Part shown: positions 48,912 through 57,395 of the stretch, in pieces
Position numbering within the stretch: position 1 is the first letter of the stretch
Layout of the letters: every line of letters starts with the position of its first letter
Assembly: GCA_949285835.1 (NCBI GenBank)
Contig: CASEAR010000041.1
Span: 53,618 to 117,617, forward strand
DNA length: 64,000 bases
Direction: 5' to 3'
From: an uncultured Verrucomicrobiota bacterium
Lineage (GTDB): Bacteria; Verrucomicrobiota; Kiritimatiellia; RFP12; UBA3636
Position numbers and translations under genes: made by a program
Notes under the pieces: generated by a model
The model's input: the letters and a program-made list of their open reading frames with translations, nothing else
Told to the model about the DNA's origin: nothing
Databases searched by the model: none

Positions 48912-51900
48912 TTAAAAATCCTGCCGCTCAAGCCTTACTACCCATACGGGTTCTCCGGACGAAATCTCGATAACCCCGTCTTTCCCCACTGTCCCCGACC
49001 GGATTTCCTTCATGTGCCAGTCAAGGAACGTGAAGCGCATCCCTGCCGCAGACGGCGCCCTTATCCGGCCGGAAACGCGCGCCGTGAGCACGGGCCATCC
49101 GCCGCGTACGGATTTGCCGTCATGGATGGACGCCCCTCCCCTGTCCAGATAGTGGACGAAACCGGAATTGAAACTCGTGCATACCAGGCTGAGCATCGCA
49201 GATCTCGTCTGAGAAAGCGGCATGCCGTCCTCCGACACCAGCCCGAACGCCAGATATCTGTCCCCCTCCAAATCTTCAGGATAAGGCATCTCTGCAGGTA
49301 CGCTGATGCTCACGTCCGAGAGCTCTACACCGGCTGACGGGAATTCCAGTGCGTCGCCAAAACGCGACATGAACCCCGTAAACGCCGCCCCGCCGGGCGC
49401 ATCGAAGCTCAGCCCGCCGCGGCGCGTGTCAAAGCAGATTTCCCCGGTCGGACGTATCACATCAGGCTTGGACTCGGCGTCGTAACGCACGACCGGCCCG
49501 GACACCTCGTCGTCTTCGCGCGCCGGGTCAATCACAAGCCGCACACCGTACCTGTAAGCCGTCGGGAGCATGTTCATGCCGGTCTTACCGTATGAACCCG
49601 CATAATCCATGCTGTCGGGATCGTAGAGGCTGCGCCTGCCGTAAATGAACGTCGTAGGCTCCGGCGCAGGCTTGTACAGCCCGCCTCGGAATGCGTATGC
49701 CGCGGCCCGCATCGCAGACGCCTGAACCTCGTCGTACGTGAAATGATACCCCTGCGGATGATTTCCCGTCGTGTAGTCCATCGGCTTGTCGAACGGACGC
49801 TCCGCCGTGGCAATGTCGCCCACCCCGCCCCAGTAGTGCCAGCACAAGGCGTCCCAGTCCTGTATGCAGGCTAGAGCCAGTATGCGCCACGGGAATTCGG
49901 CCCTGTATTTGGCCGGCTGCTGAATCTGCGTCTCGTATGCCATAAACGGCTTGCCCGGCATTTTGTTGTGCTCCAGCCACGGCACGTCATGGCAGATTCT
50001 GGGATACTCTTCCAGCCCCGACATCCACGGGTATCTGGCGTTGAACCTCGGATCGTTGTTGCGCGGGGATCCGTTTATGTACGCATCATGTACCGAAACG
50101 TCGGCATTCTGGTGCAGCCACGCGCTCTGTATCTCATACCCGATCCCCGTATCCAGCACAGTCGGAGCAAGCCGGCACGCCCTGCCCATCGTCTCAAGCG
50201 CCGCTTCCAGCCGCTTGTAGTGCGCCACATGAAGTGAGCAGAAAAACTCCAGCACATCCGCGCCGCGGTGAAAGTTGAAGTCGTCGCGCGAATAGCCGGA
50301 CTCTGCCGCGGAATCAGCCTCCTTGAGCTGTTTTTCCGCCTGTGCGTCCATCACTCCGAACACCGTCTTCTGCACCCCGCGCAAAGGCAGTATGCCCACG
50401 GAGCCCGTCTCCAGACTCTCGCCCGGCAGAAGCCCGCACCATTTGCGGGCAAGCTTTTCGTCCGTCCCGTATTTCCCTCTCAGATACTCCGTCCACTTCT
50501 CCTGAAGAGTACGCTGGAAATAATCCGGCAGTTTCCTGAACATGCCGCCTGTCATCTTGCTCATCCACCAGTCTTCGTTCGTGAGCTCGAACGCCGCATA
50601 CAGCGGATCATCCCCCACGCGGAACCCGGTATAATGATTGTAGTGATCCGCTATTTCACGCATTCCGCGGATCATCACGGCTTCCGTTCTCGGATCCCAC
50701 TTCGCAACAACCCGTGCCAGATTGTCCTTGTTGCCCTCCATCTGCGACATCGCCTCCGCCCACTCGCCGGCGGAATCCGGTTCGTCTATGATCCCCACGT
50801 CCGAAGCGTAAGGGTAATTCTGCGCCATCCCCGGAAGCCATATGCGGAAGCTCCTTTTTTTCAGCTGCCACAGAAAATAATCCTTGAGGTCGTCGGAGCT
50901 TCCGTCTCCGGGAACGTAGTCCCTGCGCGCAGGCCGCCAGAAACGCACCAGGTTGAACCCCAGCCCGTCCAGCCTTTCCGCAATAAGTTCGTTCTCGCGG
51001 CGTCCCTGCGCTATGCGGCGCGAGCGCTCTTCCTCCGTCTCCTCTCGTCCTTTCGGAGCAGACGGCACATTCGGAAAGGACTCGATCACGCCCCAGAACC
51101 TTACCCGCTTCCCTCCGGTTTGAAGATGCCCTTCACCGGACACCGTCACATACTCGGATTCCGGAACCGCTTCCGGATCCTTCGGCTCCGGAAGCCCGGA
51201 ACCGAAGGATACACCCGAAATAAACGCGCACGCCGCCGCCGTCCACGCCGACTGCTCCTGCCAGCCGGTACCGCCGTTCAGAACGGCATCCGCCGCCGGT
51301 GTGCCGTTTGTCACGCCATGATAAACAAACTGCTCGCTCACAAGCAGCTCGCCGCCTGGAGGCGGCCCCCCGGACGTGATAAACCAGTCGGAAAGCGAAG
51401 CGCCGGACACTGATATCCCGTTAAGCGACGTTACTCTGTACCTGTAAACGGAAGCTTCCGAGACATCAGCGTCTTCGTAAAACGTGTCTTTCAGACCCGT
51501 AGCAATCATGTTGAAAATGCCGTCCTTGCCATCCTGACGTTCGATTATGTAGGCTTCCGCGTCCGTTCCTACCGTCCACCGGATGCGCAGCGCCCCCGAC
51601 GCCGTCTCCGACACCGAGACATCGGACGGCTCGCCTGGAATCACCGACTCCGGCAGGACAATCTCTCCGAATACGTCCTGAAGGGAAGAACAGATGCGGA
51701 TCTCGTCAAAACCCGCAGCCTCGCTTCCGGAAACCTCCATGCTCATCGTTCCCGAGGATATCGACACGCTCTCCGGCGAAGTCACCGACACCCTCTGCAG
51801 CGCGTTGCTCTCCAGCAGCTCCATCGAAATCCCAGCGGCAGAAAAAAACATATTCGAACAGCCCGCCTGATCCAGCACCCAGAGCACCGCCTCAGTCGGA

Positions 51901-52463
51901 GTCTCCTCGTTCCCGACGCCGTGATTTGAAAGCCGCGTCACATACAGCAGCGGGAACGTATCCCCGTCTGCGCGCATCTGTGCGGTCATTTCGCTCCCGG
52001 CGCCATTCAAAAACACCTGCGCCCTTCCCCTGTCCCTGCCGTACGTATCCGCCACTATTTCCAGAGGTCCTACCGCCAGCCAGGACTTGTTGTTGTATCC
52101 ATTCGGATAATTCCTCCAGTGTACGAAACTGATCCACACATCCGCGCCGTCCGGGATCCCGGCAGACAGCGCATAGCCGCGCTCCTCCACTGTGTTATTC
52201 GAAACAAGCGCGCCGCCGCCGAGACCTACAGCGTCCGTGTATCCGTACAGAATTTTCGGAGATACTACGTCCAGGGCAGGCTCCCACGAAACTCCGTCCG
52301 GTTCCCATATCCCGAAAGCGGCATATGACAGCTCCCCCTCCGGATAGTCGAACGGCTCATACAGATACACCTCCGCCCGGCACAAAACCGATGGAACAAG
52401 AAGAAGAAGAGACAATAAAACGCGAACTACATCGTATTTTCCGCAGCTGGCCGATCTGCTCAT
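48912..52463 (-). CDS. Large secreted multidomain carbohydrate-active protein (N-terminal domain, fibronectin-III-like domain, clan GH-A catalytic TIM barrel)
   Basis: ATG at 52463 (verified), then signal peptide MSRSASCGKYDVVRVLLSLLLLVPSVLC. Fibronectin-III-like PSDVSVSETASGALRIRWTVGTDAEAYIIERQ. AFELTNEDWW (NE acid/base-like) and FMAYETQ (nucleophile-like). Confidence 0.5.
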   Translation of the reverse strand: MSRSASCGKYDVVRVLLSLLLLVPSVLCRAEVYLYEPFDYPEGELSYAAFGIWEPDGVSWEPALDVVSPKILYGYTDAVGLGGGALVSNNTVEERGYALSAGIPDGADVWISFVHWRNYPNGYNNKSWLAVGPLEIVADTYGRDRGRAQVFLNGAGSEMTAQMRADGDTFPLLYVTRLSNHGVGNEETPTEAVLWVLDQAGCSNMFFSAAGISMELLESNALQRVSVTSPESVSISSGTMSMEVSGSEAAGFDEIRICSSLQDVFGEIVLPESVIPGEPSDVSVSETASGALRIRWTVGTDAEAYIIERQDGKDGIFNMIATGLKDTFYEDADVSEASVYRYRVTSLNGISVSGASLSDWFITSGGPPPGGELLVSEQFVYHGVTNGTPAADAVLNGGTGWQEQSAWTAAACAFISGVSFGSGLPEPKDPEAVPESEYVTVSGEGHLQTGGKRVRFWGVIESFPNVPSAPKGREETEEERSRRIAQGRRENELIAERLDGLGFNLVRFWRPARRDYVPGDGSSDDLKDYFLWQLKKRSFRIWLPGMAQNYPYASDVGIIDEPDSAGEWAEAMSQMEGNKDNLARVVAKWDPRTEAVMIRGMREIADHYNHYTGFRVGDDPLYAAFELTNEDWWMSKMTGGMFRKLPDYFQRTLQEKWTEYLRGKYGTDEKLARKWCGLLPGESLETGSVGILPLRGVQKTVFGVMDAQAEKQLKEADSAAESGYSRDDFNFHRGADVLEFFCSLHVAHYKRLEAALETMGRACRLAPTVLDTGIGYEIQSAWLHQNADVSVHDAYINGSPRNNDPRFNARYPWMSGLEEYPRICHDVPWLEHNKMPGKPFMAYETQIQQPAKYRAEFPWRILALACIQDWDALCWHYWGGVGDIATAERPFDKPMDYTTGNHPQGYHFTYDEVQASAMRAAAYAFRGGLYKPAPEPTTFIYGRRSLYDPDSMDYAGSYGKTGMNMLPTAYRYGVRLVIDPAREDDEVSGPVVRYDAESKPDVIRPTGEICFDTRRGGLSFDAPGGAAFTGFMSRFGDALEFPSAGVELSDVSISVPAEMPYPEDLEGDRYLAFGLVSEDGMPLSQTRSAMLSLVCTSFNSGFVHYLDRGGASIHDGKSVRGGWPVLTARVSGRIRAPSAAGMRFTFLDWHMKEIRSGTVGKDGVIEISSGEPVWVVRLERQDF

Positions 52464-52547
52464 ACCGAAAAGCCCCCCGGTCAAGAACCCTACATTCACA
52501 TGGAGCCGTACGCCGGCCCCCAGACTGACTGCACGGATGATATATTT

Positions 52548-52588
52548 AACTTTTCGATAAGTCAATAAAAAAACTTTTCGATAAGTCA
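52548..52588. promoter_or_regulatory. Two perfect 17-nt direct repeats (AACTTTTCGATAAGTCA) between the LacI-family gene and the 1225-aa hydrolase; candidate operator/promoter element
   Basis: Seen directly at 52548-52564 and 52572-52588, spaced 24 nt. Half of each resembles a LacI half-site (CGATAAGTCA / TGACTTATCG). Confidence 0.35.
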
Positions 52589-52607
52589 TTACGCCCGAAC
52601 GCCGCCC

Positions 52608-53669
52608 TCAGCGTGCTTTCCCGGTGTTCGGCTTCGCGGCGGCCTTCTTCTTTTCGTGAGCCGGCCCAAGCGTGTCGCCTTCGATAAAATCGCATGGAAG
52701 CACACGTGACGGCAGCTCGCGGGAAGGATCTTCCACCAGCGCCGTTATCCCCTCCGCGGCGGCAGTTCCCATCTCGTATTCGGGCAGAAGCATTGTCGCC
52801 ATCGTGTGAGTGATGTCGTCCGCAGTGACGTCGCTGAATACGGCTATTGAAAAGTCGCCCGGCACATTCAGGCCGGCGGATTCGGCCGCCCTCAGATACA
52901 CGCGTCCGACGTCGCCGGTGTATCCCAGAACGGCGGTGGGCGCATCCGCGCGCCTGAGCTCCTTCGACAGCACCGCGCAGATTTCCCTGTGCGGCATATC
53001 CTCGTATCGCGCAAGCCTGGGTTCAAGACCGGCCTCCTTCATCGCATCCGAATACCCGCCGAATCTGTCGTATGTACTGAAATGAAGGAAATCGTGGAAC
53101 ATCGAAAACACGATTCTGCGGTGCCCGAGTGAAATCAGGCGGCGAGTAATCCAGACGGCGGAGTCGTGTTCATTCGGATATACGCAGTTGTTGCCGTGTT
53201 TCGAGTTTATCCAGTAGGCCGGTATTTTGTGCTGCCGGATAAGCTCCTCAAACCGCTCCGGAATTTCCGCCTGATAGTTGATGATGAACCCGTCGCACAC
53301 AAGCTCCCGCAGCAGATACGGCGCGCTTGCGGGATCCGACAGTTTTTCATCCGGCAGTTTGCTTATCATCAGGTGTATGCCGCGGCGCGCCAGACCGTCG
53401 TGCACGCCGTCGAGAACCGCCTCCGGCATCAGGCTTCTAAACCTCACCGTACTTTGTATAAGCGTCACGGAGTTAAACCTGCCCGTAACCGTGGCTCTGG
53501 CGGCGGCGTTCGGGATATACCCCATGTCAAACGCCGCCTGCCGGATAACCGCCGCTTTCAAAGGGTTCACCCGGGTATTGCCTCCAGTGCCGCTTATTGC
53601 GGCTGCAACCGTCGCCCTCGAGACTCCGAGCCGCTTGGCCAAAACTGCCAGTGTCATTCCATTGCCCAT
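52608..53669 (-). CDS. LacI-family transcriptional regulator
   Basis: N-terminal TLAVLAKRLGVSRATVAAAISG helix-turn-helix and IRQAAFDMGYIPNAAARA (LacI hinge), then a periplasmic-binding-protein-like domain. Confidence 0.75.
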   Translation of the reverse strand: MGNGMTLAVLAKRLGVSRATVAAAISGTGGNTRVNPLKAAVIRQAAFDMGYIPNAAARATVTGRFNSVTLIQSTVRFRSLMPEAVLDGVHDGLARRGIHLMISKLPDEKLSDPASAPYLLRELVCDGFIINYQAEIPERFEELIRQHKIPAYWINSKHGNNCVYPNEHDSAVWITRRLISLGHRRIVFSMFHDFLHFSTYDRFGGYSDAMKEAGLEPRLARYEDMPHREICAVLSKELRRADAPTAVLGYTGDVGRVYLRAAESAGLNVPGDFSIAVFSDVTADDITHTMATMLLPEYEMGTAAAEGITALVEDPSRELPSRVLPCDFIEGDTLGPAHEKKKAAAKPNTGKAR

Positions 53670-53817
53670 ACAATGCGTCCGTATTGTTTGTTAAACTTCC
53701 GGCCATGCCGGAAATGCTGAAAACCGCGCACGGGAGAAGAGAACCCGCAGCACAGCGCCGCATCCACCGCCCCGTCCGCTCCGGATATGGTACCACACAA
53801 TATGACTGCAAGGAAGT

Positions 53818-55695
53818 CTATTGACCCATCCGCCAGCATACCGGCGCAGTCCCGCCCTCCCCCGTGTTCCAGTAGACATTCCGCTCGAGTTCAAAACTCT
53901 GCAGCGGAGTCCCGTCCGGAGCCGCGCCCCGTTCTGCCCCGTCCCAATTCTTGCCAAACAAATACCCGCCCGCGTTCCAGTAGACAATATTGCGCCTGAA
54001 GAAAAACGAGATGTGAGGCTCCCTTCTGATTCGCTGGATCTGGTCCGTCTGTGAGTTTGCAAAAATATTGTTTTCGACGGTATTCTCCCTGCCGTAATGC
54101 TGATGAAAGCCCCCGGTTTTCACATTGTAGACCAGATTGTGCGTTATCTCTATGCCGGAAGAACCCTCGTCCGTGTAGATTCCCCACCCGCCGTAGTCGA
54201 AAGCATAAATGTCGTGTATCAAATTACGCCGGACAACTGTGCCCGGGGAAACCCCGAGCGTATAAACCCCGCCCATGTCAGAAAGCAGCCTTTTGCCGAT
54301 GTCATGTATGTGGTTGTATGCTATCTCATTGTGATGAGCAAGCGAAGGTTCGGCATATCCCCATGTCCACCCCGCCGAGACCGCAGTGTAGTACAGGCTG
54401 TAAATTTCGTTGTGCACGATCCTGTTGTGCGATGAATGCCCGATCCATATGCCAAGTCCGGCAGGATTTATGAGTCCGCCGTGCATGATCCGGCAGTTGC
54501 GTATGGTATTTCCGCCGCAGGATGCCGCCACACCGTCCGGGCCGGCCGCGTCTGACCCGTCGCCGAACGACAACCCCATATACGGATGGCCTATCTTTAC
54601 GCCGCCGCAGCCCATGTCCGCCATAACGCAGGATTCCAGCGCACATCCGCGCGCCCCGGGACCGAACTGCACGGCATACCCAGCCGGACGCACAAAAACA
54701 CACCCTCGGAAACACACCCCGCTTGCATATGATATCTCCGCCATGGCCGCCATATTTATTCCGCCCTGCGGCGTGAAGTCCCCCTCCGGCGGTGTATTGA
54801 ATCCTGTCGTATCAAAGACAATATCACGGAACTCCGTATTTGTTGCCGGGCGGCCGTCTCTCCCCTTCACTATAATCAGGCGCTCGCATACCGGAGCCTC
54901 CGCACGGCAGGTCTCCGGCGTCTCCCCCGGCAGCGGCGCGTATGCAATCGTCCCGGAAGCGCGATCCAGATACCAGCTGCCCGGCCGTCCAAATGCTTCC
55001 TTGACGTTTTCCGCGTAATACCTTCGGTTCTTGAAATCACACCAGAATGTGTTGCCTCGCCTCGGCTCCGCAAACTTGACAGCCCTGATTGCGCCATCTA
55101 TGCAGCGGCAGCGCATACGCGAAGAAGACCATATGTGCAGGACGTGGAACTCCACGTCCGCCGCATTCGTCCACTCCGGGTTAATATCGCCCTCCCTGTA
55201 CGTAAAGCCTTCGATGCTGTTTTCGCCCTCCCCCCAGTTTCCTTCCGCAGTAAAGAAACCCGTCTCAGGCACACGCGGACGATAACGGCGCTGCCCGTTC
55301 ACAAACAACTGCGAGAAATACCAGCTGCCGGACGCCGCTTCCGGCAGAATAGTGCGCCATATCCCGTCATCGCCGTCCTCCCAGCCGCGAATCTCTCTAG
55401 CTCCCGAGAAAATCGCCGGATCATGCGCAAATTCCGACCTGAACACAACGGAGCCTCCCTCCCCTCCGCTGCATTCCTCACTGAAAACCAGCGGAGAATC
55501 GAACCGATAAACGCCGGGAGCAAACACCGCCTCCACGTTGACCGCTGTGCGCCCATCCCTCCGCAGTTCCGATACCGCACGGCATACCCTCGCAGCCGTA
55601 GCAAACGGATTCCCGCGGCTCCCGGACGCATCGTCGCATCCTGATGGAGAAACAAAAAATCTGACGACACCGGAGCATTCCGCCTCTGTATTCAT
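53818..55695 (-). CDS. Right-handed parallel beta-helix repeat protein (pectin-lyase fold; putative polysaccharide lyase/hydrolase), apparently cytoplasmic
   Basis: Repeated PbH1-like turns such as NCRIMHGGLINPAGLGIWIGHSSHNRIVHNEIY. No signal peptide. 625 aa. Confidence 0.5.
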   Translation of the reverse strand: MNTEAECSGVVRFFVSPSGCDDASGSRGNPFATAARVCRAVSELRRDGRTAVNVEAVFAPGVYRFDSPLVFSEECSGGEGGSVVFRSEFAHDPAIFSGAREIRGWEDGDDGIWRTILPEAASGSWYFSQLFVNGQRRYRPRVPETGFFTAEGNWGEGENSIEGFTYREGDINPEWTNAADVEFHVLHIWSSSRMRCRCIDGAIRAVKFAEPRRGNTFWCDFKNRRYYAENVKEAFGRPGSWYLDRASGTIAYAPLPGETPETCRAEAPVCERLIIVKGRDGRPATNTEFRDIVFDTTGFNTPPEGDFTPQGGINMAAMAEISYASGVCFRGCVFVRPAGYAVQFGPGARGCALESCVMADMGCGGVKIGHPYMGLSFGDGSDAAGPDGVAASCGGNTIRNCRIMHGGLINPAGLGIWIGHSSHNRIVHNEIYSLYYTAVSAGWTWGYAEPSLAHHNEIAYNHIHDIGKRLLSDMGGVYTLGVSPGTVVRRNLIHDIYAFDYGGWGIYTDEGSSGIEITHNLVYNVKTGGFHQHYGRENTVENNIFANSQTDQIQRIRREPHISFFFRRNIVYWNAGGYLFGKNWDGAERGAAPDGTPLQSFELERNVYWNTGEGGTAPVCWRMGQ

Positions 55696-55862
55696 CTCAT
55701 CCCGCCTTCGTGCTCATTGTATTTATCCTGTACCGCAATGCTCCGGTATGTTACGATATGACTTAACGAGTAATCAACAAAAAGCTTTTCCACGGCGCTC
55801 CCGCTGCGCATGCCCGCTGGACAGTGCGCAGGTCAGGCGAACGCCACGGCAGACGAGATTTT

Positions 55863-57311
55863 ATGCAAAACGAATACCGCACGGCAGCCACATACTGCAA
55901 TCCGCTCCCGCTTCCGGATTATCCCAGAGGCAGAGCCTCGAGAAACAAGCGCCACGGAGCTTCCGGTTTCCTTCAGGACCCGCCCGCCGACTTCAGGGAA
56001 ACCGCGGATCCGTCCGTAATCTGGCACGACGGCAAGTGGTACCTGTATCCCTCGTGCGCCATGGCGTACGTAAGCGACGACTTCGTAAACTGGCGCCGCG
56101 TCCGTATCGAACCTGAGGACTGCGGCTACGCGCCCACCGTTGTCGAACACAATGGCCGCTTCCTGCTGACAGCGTGCGGCGCGCCCTTGATGGAAGCAGA
56201 CAACCCGTTGGGGCCATTTAAAAAAATCGGCCCCCTCCTTAAGCCGGACGGCGCTCCCGTAGCCGGATTCAACGACCCTATGCTCTTTGCAGACGACGAC
56301 GGGCGGCTCTACGCCTACTGGGGACTCGGAGGACCCGGCATCTTCGGCGCAGAAATGAACCCGAACCGCCCGGATCAGCTCATCACCGAGCCGCGCATCC
56401 TTTTCTCATTCAATCCCGAGCACGTCTGGGAACGTTACGGCCCCTCCAACGAAGACACGTCGAAGAGCTTCGTTGAGGGTCCGTGGATGGTTAAGGCCGC
56501 AGGCAGATACTTCCTGACATATGCCGCCCCGGGCACCGAATGGAGGACGTACGGAATGGGCGCATACGTGTCCGACGACGGCCCTCTTGGGAACTTCCGC
56601 TGCCAGACGCGCAATCCCATATCCAGTCAAACCTCCGGCCTCGTGCGCGGCCCAGGCCACGGATGCATAGTACGCGGCCCAGGCGGCACGCTGTGGGCTT
56701 TCTACACCTGCACGGTATGCTACGAACACATCTTCGAGAGAAGAATCGGCATGGATCCCGCAGGCATTGATGCCGGCGGCAACTTGTTCGTGCTGCCCGC
56801 ATCAGACACCCCGCAGTACGCCCCGGGCGTAAAAAAACATCCGGAACTCGGCAACTGGGCGGGGCTGTACTGTGTCAGCCTGAACCGCAAGTGCATATCC
56901 GGCAGTTTCGCCCCCGGAAGGAATCCCATATATGCCGCCGATGACTCCATGCTTACATGGTGGCAGCCGGACCGCAACGACCCCACGCCGTACATTGAAA
57001 TAGATTTTTCCGGAAGTTTTGACGTATCGGCATACCGCATCGTGTGGAAAGACGTCGGCCTCGATTACGACGCCGGAGTCCTCCCCGGACCAATAAAATA
57101 CAGACTGTTTTTAAAAACCGCCGCCGGAAATGCACAAAATGAGGGCTGGGAACTCGCAGTGGACGCATCCGGAAACACCGCGGACATGCTGATAGACTAC
57201 GGGACTTTTACGCCAAGACATGCCTCGGGAGCGCGGCTGGAAATCACCGGAACCCCGCGAGGAATAACACCGGGAGTAGTGAATTTCGCCGTTTTCGGAA
57301 AATCCCGCTGA
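55863..57311 (+). CDS. Glycoside hydrolase family 43 (five-bladed beta-propeller) with a C-terminal F5/8-type-C/CBM32-like domain
   Basis: ATG at 55863. ADPSVIWHDGKWYLY is the GH43 catalytic-base motif. The C-terminal IEIDFSGSFDVSAYRIVWKD is discoidin-like. Confidence 0.65.
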   Translation: MQNEYRTAATYCNPLPLPDYPRGRASRNKRHGASGFLQDPPADFRETADPSVIWHDGKWYLYPSCAMAYVSDDFVNWRRVRIEPEDCGYAPTVVEHNGRFLLTACGAPLMEADNPLGPFKKIGPLLKPDGAPVAGFNDPMLFADDDGRLYAYWGLGGPGIFGAEMNPNRPDQLITEPRILFSFNPEHVWERYGPSNEDTSKSFVEGPWMVKAAGRYFLTYAAPGTEWRTYGMGAYVSDDGPLGNFRCQTRNPISSQTSGLVRGPGHGCIVRGPGGTLWAFYTCTVCYEHIFERRIGMDPAGIDAGGNLFVLPASDTPQYAPGVKKHPELGNWAGLYCVSLNRKCISGSFAPGRNPIYAADDSMLTWWQPDRNDPTPYIEIDFSGSFDVSAYRIVWKDVGLDYDAGVLPGPIKYRLFLKTAAGNAQNEGWELAVDASGNTADMLIDYGTFTPRHASGARLEITGTPRGITPGVVNFAVFGKSR

Positions 57312-57395
57312 CAGCCCGCCGCCCGTCAGCCCTCCCAGCGATTGCGCACGAGAGCGCTCAAACGCCGCAGCCCGCGAAAGGCATATGCGCCGCAG

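Noticed and set aside
50268-51413. 381-aa plus-strand ORF inside the 1225-aa hydrolase gene
   Set aside because: Arg-rich, low-complexity antisense ORF. The region is fully covered by the well-supported minus-strand gene.
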